From contig JBJOHR010000094.1 in the NCBI GenBank assembly GCA_046047575.1, positions 1-47,980 of the forward strand: a stretch of 47,980 bases of DNA. Reading direction: 5' to 3'. Shown piece by piece: positions 10,290 through 18,861 of this stretch (the stretch's first letter is position 1; each line of letters begins with the position of its first letter). The position numbers were made by a program, and so were the translations under genes. This DNA comes from Bacteroidota bacterium. Lineage in GTDB: Bacteria > Bacteroidota > Bacteroidia > UBA10329. Below the pieces are notes generated by a model. It was not told the origin of the DNA and ran no database searches. It saw only the letters and a list, made by a program, of their open reading frames with translations.

Positions 10290-11429
10290 TCAACGAGTGA
10301 CCGCTCTGGAGATCACGATCTTCTGAACTTCTGAAGTTCCTTCATAGATCTGTGTGATCTTCGCATCGCGCATCAAACGCTCCACGTGGTATTCCTTCAC
10401 GTAGCCGTAACCGCCATGAACCTGAACGGCCTCAACGGTTGTTTGCATGGCCACTTTTGACGCATACAATTTTGCCATGGAGCTTGACAGGTCGTAGTTC
10501 ATGCCCTGATCTTTGTGCCAGGCCGATTTCAGCACCAGCATTCTGGCTGCTTCTATTTCCGTAGCCATATCTGCCAACTTGAATTGAATGGCCTGATGCT
10601 GGTTGATGGTCTTTCCAAAAGCCTTGCGCTCCTTAGAATACGCCAAGGCCAACTCGTATGCTCCACTGGCAATTCCAAGAGCTTGAGCAGCAATACCGAT
10701 GCGACCTCCGGAAAGTGTCATCATGGCGAATTTGAATCCGAAACCATCTTCACCGATTCTGTTCTCCTTCGGCACTTTCACATCCTGAAACATGAGTGAA
10801 TGCGTGTCAGAAGAACGGATCCCCAACTTATCCTCTTTGGCTCCGATCGTAAAACCGGGCATTCCCTTTTCAACAATAAGAACATTGATTCCCCGATGCC
10901 CCTTGTCCTCATCGGTCTGGGCAATGACGAGATAGGTTGATGCGTTGCCCCCATTGGTGATCCAGTTCTTGGTTCCGTTCAATAGGTAGTGATCGCCCAT
11001 ATCGATGGCGGTGGTACGCTGCGATGTAGCATCTGAACCAGCTTCAGGCTCGGAGAGTGCAAACGCACCAAGCATTTGACCAGTAGCCAATGGAACCAGA
11101 TATTTCTGCTTCTGTTCTTCCGTGCCATACTTCTCCAATCCCCAATTCACCAAGGAGTTGCAAACGCTCATGCAGACAGAGGCCGAGTTATCGATCTTGG
11201 AAATCTCCTCCATGGCCAGCACGTACGAAATCGTGTCCATGCCACTGCCGCCATACTTCGGGTCAACCATCAATCCAAGGAAGCCGAGTTCGCCCATCTT
11301 CTTCACCTGTTCGTGTGGGAACTCCATTTTGGTGTCGCGTTCAATAACACCTGGCAACAGTTCGGCCCGAGCAAAATCGCGGGCTGCTTTTTGAATCATC
11401 AGATGCTCTTCATTCAACTCAAATTTCAT
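10290..11429 (-). CDS. Acyl-CoA dehydrogenase (short/branched-chain type)
   Basis: FALSEPEAGSDA, NGTKNWITNG, KLGIRSSDT, GRIGIAAQALG, QVHGGYGY and RDAKITQIYEGTSEVQ motifs. Likely start ATG 11429 (MKFELNEE). Confidence 0.95.
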   Translation of the reverse strand: MKFELNEEHLMIQKAARDFARAELLPGVIERDTKMEFPHEQVKKMGELGFLGLMVDPKYGGSGMDTISYVLAMEEISKIDNSASVCMSVCNSLVNWGLEKYGTEEQKQKYLVPLATGQMLGAFALSEPEAGSDATSQRTTAIDMGDHYLLNGTKNWITNGGNASTYLVIAQTDEDKGHRGINVLIVEKGMPGFTIGAKEDKLGIRSSDTHSLMFQDVKVPKENRIGEDGFGFKFAMMTLSGGRIGIAAQALGIASGAYELALAYSKERKAFGKTINQHQAIQFKLADMATEIEAARMLVLKSAWHKDQGMNYDLSSSMAKLYASKVAMQTTVEAVQVHGGYGYVKEYHVERLMRDAKITQIYEGTSEVQKIVISRAVTR

Positions 11430-11452
11430 CTCAGGCTTGCTTTGGTGAGCGG

Positions 11453-11460
11453 CAAAAGTA
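11453..11460 (-). promoter_or_regulatory. -7 element (TACTTTTG) for acyl-CoA dehydrogenase
   Basis: TAnnTTTG match 23 nt upstream of the ATG. Confidence 0.6.
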
Positions 11461-11467
11461 GGTTTTT

Positions 11468-11500
11468 TGAGTGATGAGTGACCAGCAATGAGTGATAGTG
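11468..11500. repeat. Heptamer tandem repeat (TGAGTGA)
   Basis: TGAGTGA TGAGTGA CCAGCAA TGAGTGA TAGTG, keeping a 7-nt register. Confidence 0.55.
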
Positions 11501-11571
11501 CCTGCCCCATTCTAAAGCGAGAAAGATACGTTGTGCCAAGAATGCACGGATTTTCTCAGATTTGATGCCGA

Positions 11572-11579
11572 TAAGTTTG
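11572..11579 (+). promoter_or_regulatory. -7 element (TAAGTTTG) for anmK
   Basis: TAnnTTTG match ending 6 nt before ATG 11586. Confidence 0.55.
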
Positions 11580-11585
11580 CACACA

Positions 11586-12665
11586 ATGAAAACCGATCCC
11601 ATCAGCGCCCTTGGAGTCATGTCGGGAACATCGCTTGACGGGCTCGATCTATGTCTGACAGAGTTTCATTACGATGGAACATGGCGCTTCAGGATAGTCC
11701 ATGCTGAGTGCGTGGATTACGATGAACGCTGGCGAAAGAAACTTGCAACTGCTCACGAATTGAGCGAAGAAAAGCTTCAGCAACTGCATATCGAATTCGG
11801 TCAATTCATTGGAGGGCATATAAACTCATTCCTCGACAGGGGCCAACTTGCAAAACCCGAGCTCGTTTGCTCTCATGGGCACACCGTTTTTCATCAGCCT
11901 GAGAAGGGAATCACCGTTCAAATTGGCGATGGACAGACCATTGCCAACACCACCGGAATTACCTGTGTGAATGATTTCCGTTCGTTGGATGTCTCACTTG
12001 GAGGACAGGGCGCGCCATTGGTCCCCATCGGTGACGAACTACTGTTCTCTGATTTTGAGGCGTGTTTGAATCTGGGCGGATTTTCCAACATCAGCTTTAA
12101 AGAAGATGGGGAAAGACGGGCCTTCGACATCTGCCCTGTGAACATTGTTCTGAATGAACTCGCAAACCGGCTCAACCAAGCGTTTGACCGCAACGGTCAA
12201 CTCTCGCAGTCGGGGAAACTGAACGAAGCGCTTCTTGACCGTCTGAACGGCTTGAATCTGTATACAGATGAGATCCGCCCTTCTTTGTCCCGCGAATGGG
12301 TGGAATCGGTGGTCAATCCCTTGCTATCAGCATCTGGCCTCAGCGAAGTAGACCTCATGCGCACCTTTGTGGAACACGTGGCCATTCAGATAGCGCGCGT
12401 GGTTGAACGGAAGGCTGCCGGTGGACGCGTGCTGGTTACGGGTGGTGGGGCGTACAATTCCTTCCTAATGGAGCGATCGGAAACCTACTGCTTGGCCGAC
12501 CTCATCATCCCCGACAGGCAGACGATAGAGTTCAAAGAGGCCTTGATCTTCGCCTTCTTGGGTGTTCTCCGCGTTCGGAATGAGATCAATGTGCTGAAAA
12601 CCGTTACCGGTGCCGAGCGCGATTCGTGCTCGGGGGTGATTTGGCTTTCAAGCGCTCCTAGCTAA
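11586..12665 (+). CDS. anmK: Anhydro-N-acetylmuramic acid kinase
   Basis: GVMSGTSLDGLD, SHGHTVFHQP, DFRSLDVSLGGQGAPLVP, LNLGGFSN, TGGGAYN and KEALIFA motifs. Confidence 0.95.
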   Translation: MKTDPISALGVMSGTSLDGLDLCLTEFHYDGTWRFRIVHAECVDYDERWRKKLATAHELSEEKLQQLHIEFGQFIGGHINSFLDRGQLAKPELVCSHGHTVFHQPEKGITVQIGDGQTIANTTGITCVNDFRSLDVSLGGQGAPLVPIGDELLFSDFEACLNLGGFSNISFKEDGERRAFDICPVNIVLNELANRLNQAFDRNGQLSQSGKLNEALLDRLNGLNLYTDEIRPSLSREWVESVVNPLLSASGLSEVDLMRTFVEHVAIQIARVVERKAAGGRVLVTGGGAYNSFLMERSETYCLADLIIPDRQTIEFKEALIFAFLGVLRVRNEINVLKTVTGAERDSCSGVIWLSSAPS

Positions 12666-12698
12666 GGCTTAGGCATAATCTTACGGTTTAATTTCTCT

Positions 12699-12706
12699 TA
12701 CATTTG
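12699..12706 (+). promoter_or_regulatory. -7 element (TACATTTG) for the dehydrogenase-nhaD operon
   Basis: TAnnTTTG match in the intergenic region. It implies the gene starts at TTG 12734 rather than 12704. Confidence 0.6.
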
Positions 12707-12733
12707 CGCGGAAATTCTGAGCGTACCCACGCC

Positions 12734-14005
12734 TTGAAAGACCTACTGAAGAAATACGAGGAGACTCCTCCCGAGATCGTGTTTGAATGGAATGACCGCG
12801 AAACAGAAGCGCGCGGGTGGGTAGTGATCAACTCGTTGCGTGGCGGAGCTGCCGGTGGCGGCACACGCATGCGAAAGGGGCTCGACAGGAACGAGGTCAT
12901 TTCGCTGGCCAAGACCATGGAGATCAAGTTCACGGTGAGCGGTCCGCCCATTGGCGGGGCCAAGTCGGGTATTGATTTCGACCCACGCGACCCACGCAGA
13001 AAAGCGGTGTTGGAGCGCTGGTTCAAAGCCGTGGCGCCTCTATTGAAGAATTACTACGGAACAGGCGGAGACCTGAACGTGGATCAGAAGAACGATGTGA
13101 TCCCCATCACGGAATCATACGGTATCTGGCATCCGCAGGAAGGCGTGGTGAACGGGCACTTCCACCCTACCGAGGCCGAGAAGATCCACAAGATCGGACA
13201 ATTGAGAAACGGGGTGTCTAAAATTCTGGAAGACCCGGATTATTGTCCGGACGGACCAGTGAAATACCGCGTGGCCGATATGATAACCGGATTCGGGGTA
13301 AGCGAATCGGTCAAGCACTTCTACTCTATTTTCAGGAATGAATCGCTTCTGGGCAAGAAGGTCATTGTGCAGGGTTGGGGAAATGTTGCTTCGGCCGCGG
13401 CCATGGAACTGGCCCACAATGGTGCGCAGATCGTTGGGATCATTGACCGCAATGGCGGACTCATCAACGAGTCGGGCTACGGTCTGCAGGCCATAAAGAA
13501 GCTTTTTATTGAGCATAAATCTGGCAACAGCCTGATGGTGGACAACATGCTGCCATTTGACGAGATCAATGCCAAGATCTGGGACGTGCCTGCCGATATT
13601 TTCATTCCAGCTGCTGCATCGCGTCTGGTAACGGCCGATCAATTGCAGCGACTGGTGAATGCCGGTGTCAAGACCATTTCAAGCGGTGCCAACGTGCCAT
13701 TTGCAGACAAGGAGATCTTCTACGGACCCATTATGAGCCAGGCCGATGCGCAGGTCAGCCTCATTCCCGATTTCATTGCCAACTGCGGAATGGCCAGGGT
13801 GTTCGCCTTCCTCATGGAATCGCAAGACCCGGAGATAACAGACAGCGCCATTTTCAAAGACACATCCAACACCATCTATCGTTCGCTTAAGAACGTTCAC
13901 GATAAGAACCCATCGCTTACCAATGTCAGCCGTACAGCGTTTGAATTGGCCCTGAGCGAACTTATGCCTCAAACAGAAAATTCACCAACCACTACACTTA
14001 CTTAA
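12734..14005 (+). CDS. Glu/Leu/Phe/Val dehydrogenase family protein
   Basis: GGAAGGGTRMR, LAKTMEIKF, IGGAKSGI, GTGGDLN, Rossmann motif VQGWGNV and IPDFIANCG. Confidence 0.9.
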   Translation: MKDLLKKYEETPPEIVFEWNDRETEARGWVVINSLRGGAAGGGTRMRKGLDRNEVISLAKTMEIKFTVSGPPIGGAKSGIDFDPRDPRRKAVLERWFKAVAPLLKNYYGTGGDLNVDQKNDVIPITESYGIWHPQEGVVNGHFHPTEAEKIHKIGQLRNGVSKILEDPDYCPDGPVKYRVADMITGFGVSESVKHFYSIFRNESLLGKKVIVQGWGNVASAAAMELAHNGAQIVGIIDRNGGLINESGYGLQAIKKLFIEHKSGNSLMVDNMLPFDEINAKIWDVPADIFIPAAASRLVTADQLQRLVNAGVKTISSGANVPFADKEIFYGPIMSQADAQVSLIPDFIANCGMARVFAFLMESQDPEITDSAIFKDTSNTIYRSLKNVHDKNPSLTNVSRTAFELALSELMPQTENSPTTTLT

Positions 14006-15307
14006 ATGGAAATCGTACTGCTTCTGATCTTCGTTCTTGGATACCTGTCAATCACCCTCGAACATACCCTGAAAATTGACAAATTGATCCCGGCCTTGGT
14101 CATGATGGCGCTGCTTTGGGCCGTTGTGGCCCTGTTCCATGTGCCCGTGTTCGAGATCATTGACGGACTGGTTCCAGTGGAACACATGGACGAAGTGTTG
14201 CTCCATCACCTTGGCAAAACAGCCGAGATACTGGTGTTCCTCATGGGCGCCATGACCATTGTGGAGATCACCGATCACTTCAACGGTTTCGGGGCCATCA
14301 AATCGTTTGTAAGGACCAAAGACAAGAAGGTGCTGCTTTGGATCATGGGCGGACTTGCATTCGTTCTTTCGGCCATCATCGATAACCTTACTGCCACCAT
14401 CGTACTCATAACCATCCTTAAAAAACTGGTCGACAAGCAGGAGGACCGCCTGTGGTTTGCCGGTCTCATCGTTATCGGTGCCAATGCCGGTGGTGCCTGG
14501 TCGCCCATTGGCGATGTTACCACTACCATGCTTTGGATCGGAGACAGGGTATCTGCCGGAAAGTTGGTGGAATTCCTCTTCCTGCCATCGTTGCTTTGCA
14601 TGGTGGTTCCTACCTTCATTGCCACCCTTTTGCCTCCGTTCAAAGGCCAGCTTACCGCGCCCGAAAGCAGCTCTGACGAAACGCCTGCCAGTTTGGGAAT
14701 GCTTCTGTTAGGATTGGGAATGATCGTGTTCGTGCCGATCTTCAAAACGCTCACCCACCTGCCTCCTTACATTGGAATGATGCTCTCTTTGGCCGTGGTG
14801 GCCACCGTTGCTGAGATAAAAAGTCATCGTGCCTTTACCATGACCGCTGCTGCGCATCATCATAGTCCGGTACACTCATCATTGGCCAAGATCGAGATGC
14901 CAAGCATCCTGTTCTTCTTGGGAATATTGATGGCAGTTGCCGCGTTGGAAAGCGTGGGCATGATCTTCCAATTGGGCGAAAGCGTTCGCGCAGTTATTCC
15001 AGATGACATCTTCGTGATCCTGATGGGCTTCGGTTCTGCCGTTATTGATAACGTTCCATTGGTTGCGGCCAGCATGGGCATGTTCCAATTGCCATTGGAT
15101 CACCACATCTGGCACTTCATTGCCTTCTCTGCCGGAACGGGCGGAAGTATGCTCATCATCGGTTCTGCAGCAGGTGTTGTGGCCATGGGCATGGAGCGCA
15201 TCGATTTCATGTGGTACCTGAAGAACATTGCATGGTTGGCGTTGCTCGGCTTTGCCGCAGGTTGTGCCAGTTTCATGCTGTTGGTGCAGGTTCTTCACGG
15301 GATCTGA
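14006..15307 (+). CDS. nhaD: Na+/H+ antiporter NhaD family
   Basis: Multi-TM protein with LSAIIDNLT, ANAGGAWSPIGDVTTTMLWIG, SAVIDNVPLVAA and AGTGGSMLIIGSAAGV. Confidence 0.92.
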   Translation: MEIVLLLIFVLGYLSITLEHTLKIDKLIPALVMMALLWAVVALFHVPVFEIIDGLVPVEHMDEVLLHHLGKTAEILVFLMGAMTIVEITDHFNGFGAIKSFVRTKDKKVLLWIMGGLAFVLSAIIDNLTATIVLITILKKLVDKQEDRLWFAGLIVIGANAGGAWSPIGDVTTTMLWIGDRVSAGKLVEFLFLPSLLCMVVPTFIATLLPPFKGQLTAPESSSDETPASLGMLLLGLGMIVFVPIFKTLTHLPPYIGMMLSLAVVATVAEIKSHRAFTMTAAAHHHSPVHSSLAKIEMPSILFFLGILMAVAALESVGMIFQLGESVRAVIPDDIFVILMGFGSAVIDNVPLVAASMGMFQLPLDHHIWHFIAFSAGTGGSMLIIGSAAGVVAMGMERIDFMWYLKNIAWLALLGFAAGCASFMLLVQVLHGI

Positions 15308-15374
15308 CCTACCCTGACCCATCTTTTTAAGGCGGGGAACTGTCTTTCTAAATGACATTACACGTTCTCTCCGG

Positions 15375-15419
15375 CTCTCTCCCCGTTGAATTGGGGAGTG
15401 GCCGAAGGCCGAGGGGGTC
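15375..15419. repeat. GC-rich REP-like double-hairpin element
   Basis: CTCCCC-gttgaatt-GGGGAG followed by GGCC-GAA-GGCC and GAGGGGG, which can pair back with the upstream CT-rich tract. Confidence 0.5.
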
Positions 15420-15424
15420 GAACT

Positions 15425-15466
15425 GGATCAACCATTTTGATCCCATTTAAAGGCAACATATCTTTG
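15425..15466 (+). promoter_or_regulatory. Promoter of the DNA methyltransferase: -33 TTTG (15436-15439), 19-nt spacer, -7 TATCTTTG (15459-15466), overlapped by the inverted repeat GGATCAA-N5-TTGATCC
   Basis: Full Bacteroidota TTTG-N19-TAnnTTTG consensus. GATC sites at 15426-15429 and 15439-15442. Confidence 0.7.
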
Positions 15467-15471
15467 GTGCG

Positions 15472-16713
15472 ATGAGCATTAGAGTTGTTGAGCTATTTGC
15501 AGGTGTTGGCGGTTTCCGATTAGGATTGGAACAGGCCAGTTCTCAGTTCGATGTGGTTTGGAGCAACCAATGGGAACCCAGCACAACGAAGCAACATGCC
15601 AGTATGGTCTACGAAAGCCGCTGGCCGAACACCGATCACGCCAATGCAAACATTGAGGAGATCGTTGAACACCATTTCGATCAGATTCCGGACCACGACC
15701 TTTTGGTCGGAGGGTTTCCGTGTCAGGACTATTCTGTGGCAACTTCATTGAAGAATTCAAAGGGACTGCGCGGAAAGAAAGGTGTATTGTGGTGGAGCAT
15801 TGAGGCCATTCTGAGAAAGAAGGCAGAACAGTGTCCCAATTACTTGATGCTCGAAAATGTGGACCGCTTGCTCAAATCGCCCGCTACTCAGCGTGGCCGC
15901 GATTTTGCCATTATACTCTCATCCTTGAACGCTTTAGGATACGCGGTAGAATGGCGTGTGATCAATGCTGCGGAATACGGCATGCCTCAGCGCAGAAGGC
16001 GCATTTTCATACTAGGTTATCACCGTTCTACAGACATCTACAAGCAGATAAAAGCAGCCAAAACCAAAACCGATTGGCTGACCAGAACCGGTTTGGTCGC
16101 AACTGAATTCCCGGTGAAAGAATCTGGCCAAAAGCCATTCTCTGATAAGATCGATCCCGACCTCAAAAAAGTCTCTGATCAATTCAATCAAGAAGGAAAG
16201 CTTTCTCCATTTCAGAATACCGGCTTGATGATCGATGGTCAGTTCTGGACACTGAAAACCGAAAGCGATTTCAAAGGCGATGAAAAAGTATTGGAAGAAG
16301 TTCTCGTTCCTAATGCAGAGGTTCCGAAGGAATTCTTCATCAGTAAAGAAGAACTGAAGAGTTGGGAGTTTCATAAAGGCGGCAAGAAGATTCAGCGGAC
16401 AAACAGCAGCGGCCATAGCTATTCGTATTCCGAGGGAGGTATGACATTCCCGGACTCGCTCGATAGACCATCTCGCACCATTATTACGGGCGAAGGCGGC
16501 AAAACACCTTCAAGATTCAAGCACGTAGTGCTGAAAGACGGCAAATACCGCAGACTTGTCCCGAAAGAATTGGAACGGCTCAACATGTTTCCAGACGACC
16601 ACACCAAACTGGACGGCATTACCGACCAGAAACGTGCATTCTTTATGGGCAACGCCTTGGTAGTTGGCATCGTGGAAAGGCTTGGAAAAGGCCTGGCCAA
16701 GAGAATCCGATAA
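15472..16713 (+). CDS. dcm: DNA (cytosine-5)-methyltransferase, M.Sau3AI-like, no adjacent endonuclease
   Basis: Motif I ELFAGVGG, motif IV GGFPCQDYS, motif VI ENV, motif VIII QRRRRIF and motif X GNALVV. The segments NQWEPS, GKKGVLWW, ENVDRLLKSP..QRGRDFA and YSYSEGGM match my recollection of M.Sau3AI (GATC). Confidence 0.93.
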   Translation: MSIRVVELFAGVGGFRLGLEQASSQFDVVWSNQWEPSTTKQHASMVYESRWPNTDHANANIEEIVEHHFDQIPDHDLLVGGFPCQDYSVATSLKNSKGLRGKKGVLWWSIEAILRKKAEQCPNYLMLENVDRLLKSPATQRGRDFAIILSSLNALGYAVEWRVINAAEYGMPQRRRRIFILGYHRSTDIYKQIKAAKTKTDWLTRTGLVATEFPVKESGQKPFSDKIDPDLKKVSDQFNQEGKLSPFQNTGLMIDGQFWTLKTESDFKGDEKVLEEVLVPNAEVPKEFFISKEELKSWEFHKGGKKIQRTNSSGHSYSYSEGGMTFPDSLDRPSRTIITGEGGKTPSRFKHVVLKDGKYRRLVPKELERLNMFPDDHTKLDGITDQKRAFFMGNALVVGIVERLGKGLAKRIR

Positions 16714-16854
16714 GCCGGCTTCATCAATTATGTCTCAAATTAGCTACTCAGCCGTATTGGGAGCACACATTTTATACTTGAAGCATATACTAAAGCTAAC
16801 ACTTCGGTGTTTATAAAAGGCATGAATACCGAAATGGTCTGCATGCAACTTTGA

Positions 16855-16862
16855 TACTTTCG
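16855..16862 (+). promoter_or_regulatory. -7-like element (TACTTTCG) for exbB-exbD-tonB-folC
   Basis: One mismatch to TAnnTTTG. The TAnnTTCG variant recurs upstream of several genes in this window. Confidence 0.4.
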
Positions 16863-16903
16863 ATACGGAGCACAACCTACCTCAAATTTTAATCTCAAAA
16901 CAC

Positions 16904-17608
16904 ATGAATCTGTTGTTCATAACCACAGCAATGGCACAAGGAACCGTAAGCGTTCCAGAAGAAGCGGGCGAAGAGAAAACACTGTCGATATTGGAGTTGA
17001 TGACATCCGGTGGCCTTGGTGGCCAGCTGATCATGCTATCCCTTCTGGTGCTTTCCATAGTGGCCATTTACATTTTCATTGAACGATTCCTCACTATTCG
17101 GAAAGCTGGCGAAGAAGATGCTGCTTTCATGAGTGCTCTCAAGGATAGCATAACCAAAGGCGACCTTGCCACGGCCAAAGCAATTTGCATAAAGACAGAC
17201 AGCCCTGTGTCTCGAATGCTGGAGAAAGGTATTGCGCGCATTGGTCGGCCGTTGGGCGACATTTCTGCTGCAGTGGAAAATGTGGGGAAATTGGAAACCT
17301 ACAAGCTTGAAAAGAATCTGGCAACCTTAGCCACCATTTCGGGTGCTGCACCTATGATCGGCTTCCTTGGAACCGTTATAGGTATGATCCTGGCGTTCCA
17401 TGAAATGGCCATGGCCGGTGGGCAGGTGAACGTAGAAATGCTGGCCGGTGGAATTTACACCGCCATGACCACTACGGTTGCTGGTCTGGTGGTGGGTATC
17501 CTTGCTTATTTGGGCTACAACAGTTTGGTTGCTAAAGTAGAAGCGGTCGTATTCAAGATGGAAGCACGTTCCACCGAATTCATCGATCTACTTCACGAAC
17601 CCGCATAG
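16904..17608 (+). CDS. exbB: MotA/TolQ/ExbB proton channel protein
   Basis: LATISGAAPMIGFLGTVIGMI and GGIYTAMTTTVAGLVVGI motifs. Confidence 0.92.
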   Translation: MNLLFITTAMAQGTVSVPEEAGEEKTLSILELMTSGGLGGQLIMLSLLVLSIVAIYIFIERFLTIRKAGEEDAAFMSALKDSITKGDLATAKAICIKTDSPVSRMLEKGIARIGRPLGDISAAVENVGKLETYKLEKNLATLATISGAAPMIGFLGTVIGMILAFHEMAMAGGQVNVEMLAGGIYTAMTTTVAGLVVGILAYLGYNSLVAKVEAVVFKMEARSTEFIDLLHEPA

Positions 17609-17609
17609 C

Positions 17610-17644
17610 CAATTGTCAATTCCTAATTACTAATTCATAATTGT
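17610..17644. repeat. Five degenerate heptamers (YAATTNN) between exbB and exbD
   Basis: CAATTGT CAATTCC TAATTAC TAATTCA TAATTGT. Confidence 0.65.
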
Positions 17645-17650
17645 AAAAGG

Positions 17651-18043
17651 ATGGGATTAAGAACAAGAAATAAGGTAAGTCCGAACTTCAACATGTCGTC
17701 CATGACCGACATCGTGTTCCTGTTGCTCATATTCTTCATGCTTACTTCCACCTTGGTGACCACCAATGCGTTAGACCTCGTGCTGCCAAGTAGTAAGTCA
17801 AAGTCGGTGAAGAAGCAAACGGTGTCTGTTTCTATCGATAAGAATCTGAATCACTTTGTGGATATGGATAAAGTGGATGCCCTTTCTGTGGAAAGTATAC
17901 TGATGCAGCGTCTATCCAATGCCGAGGAAAAAGTAATTGTGCTTCGGGTAGAGCAAGGTGTGCCGATAGAGTATGCGGTGAAAGTGATGGACATTGCCTA
18001 CCAGAACCAATACAAGATCGTCCTGGCCACAAAACCAGAATAA
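17651..18043 (+). CDS. exbD: Biopolymer transporter ExbD/TolR
   Basis: SSMTDIVFLLLIFFMLTS transmembrane motif with the conserved Asp. Confidence 0.93.
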   Translation: MGLRTRNKVSPNFNMSSMTDIVFLLLIFFMLTSTLVTTNALDLVLPSSKSKSVKKQTVSVSIDKNLNHFVDMDKVDALSVESILMQRLSNAEEKVIVLRVEQGVPIEYAVKVMDIAYQNQYKIVLATKPE

Positions 18044-18861
18044 TGACCGATCAGGAGAGAAAAAATAAACGCAAGGGACTGATCACGTCTCTCACCATTC
18101 ACGCGTTGCTGCTGCTGGCATTCGCGTTTTTGGGCATGACCTACGTTTATCCGCCACCCGAAGAAGGCATGATGATCAACTTCGGAAATACCGAAACAGG
18201 TTTGGGTCAAGTGGAGAGCGAACCCGTGCAGAACACGGAAATTCAAGAAGAGGTAGTAGAGGAGGTCGCCCCTACCGAAACGGTAGAGGAAACGCCAGTG
18301 GAAACAGCAGAAGAGGAAGTGGTTACGCAAGAAATGCTGGAAGCCATTGCTCTGAAAAAAGCGGAGGAAAAGAAACAGAAACAAGAAGCCGAAAAACGAG
18401 CGGAAGAAGAGCGTAAGAAAGCCGAGGCCGAAAAAATCCAACAGGAAAAAGAGGCTAAGCTCAACGCGCTGTTCAATCAGGCCAAAAAAGGCTCAGGTAC
18501 CGGAGAAGGAAACACCAAGCCTGGCGGTAATCAGGGAAGTCAGGACGGAACCCCTGGCGCGCCCCATGGCCTAGGCGGAAGCGGTAACGGCATGTCGTTC
18601 GACCTTGGTGGCAGAAGCATGGTTTCGGCACCGAAGATCAACGACACTTCGCAAAAGGAAGGAAAAGTGGTGGTAGAGATCATTGTAGATAAATACGGCA
18701 AAGTCGTGAAAGCAACACCAGGGGCCCGAGGTTCCACCACCACCGATCGCCACTTGGAAAAACTGGCCACGGAAGCTGCCTACAACACCAAGTTCAACTC
18801 AAAGCCCGATGCCCCTATTCAGCAAAAGGGAAGCATGACCTTCGTTTTCATTCTGGAGTAA
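18043..18861 (+). CDS. tonB: TonB/TolA-like energy transducer
   Basis: N-terminal TM helix with SxxxH (SLTIHA), Glu/Lys-rich linker, Gly-rich segment and a TonB-C-like end (GKVVVEIIVDKYGKV...QKGSMTFVF). Confidence 0.8.
   Translation: MTDQERKNKRKGLITSLTIHALLLLAFAFLGMTYVYPPPEEGMMINFGNTETGLGQVESEPVQNTEIQEEVVEEVAPTETVEETPVETAEEEVVTQEMLEAIALKKAEEKKQKQEAEKRAEEERKKAEAEKIQQEKEAKLNALFNQAKKGSGTGEGNTKPGGNQGSQDGTPGAPHGLGGSGNGMSFDLGGRSMVSAPKINDTSQKEGKVVVEIIVDKYGKVVKATPGARGSTTTDRHLEKLATEAAYNTKFNSKPDAPIQQKGSMTFVFILE

Noticed and set aside
18220-18480. Low-complexity GAA/GAG-rich repeats in tonB
   Set aside because: Explained by the Glu/Lys/Ala-rich periplasmic linker normal for TonB/TolA proteins.
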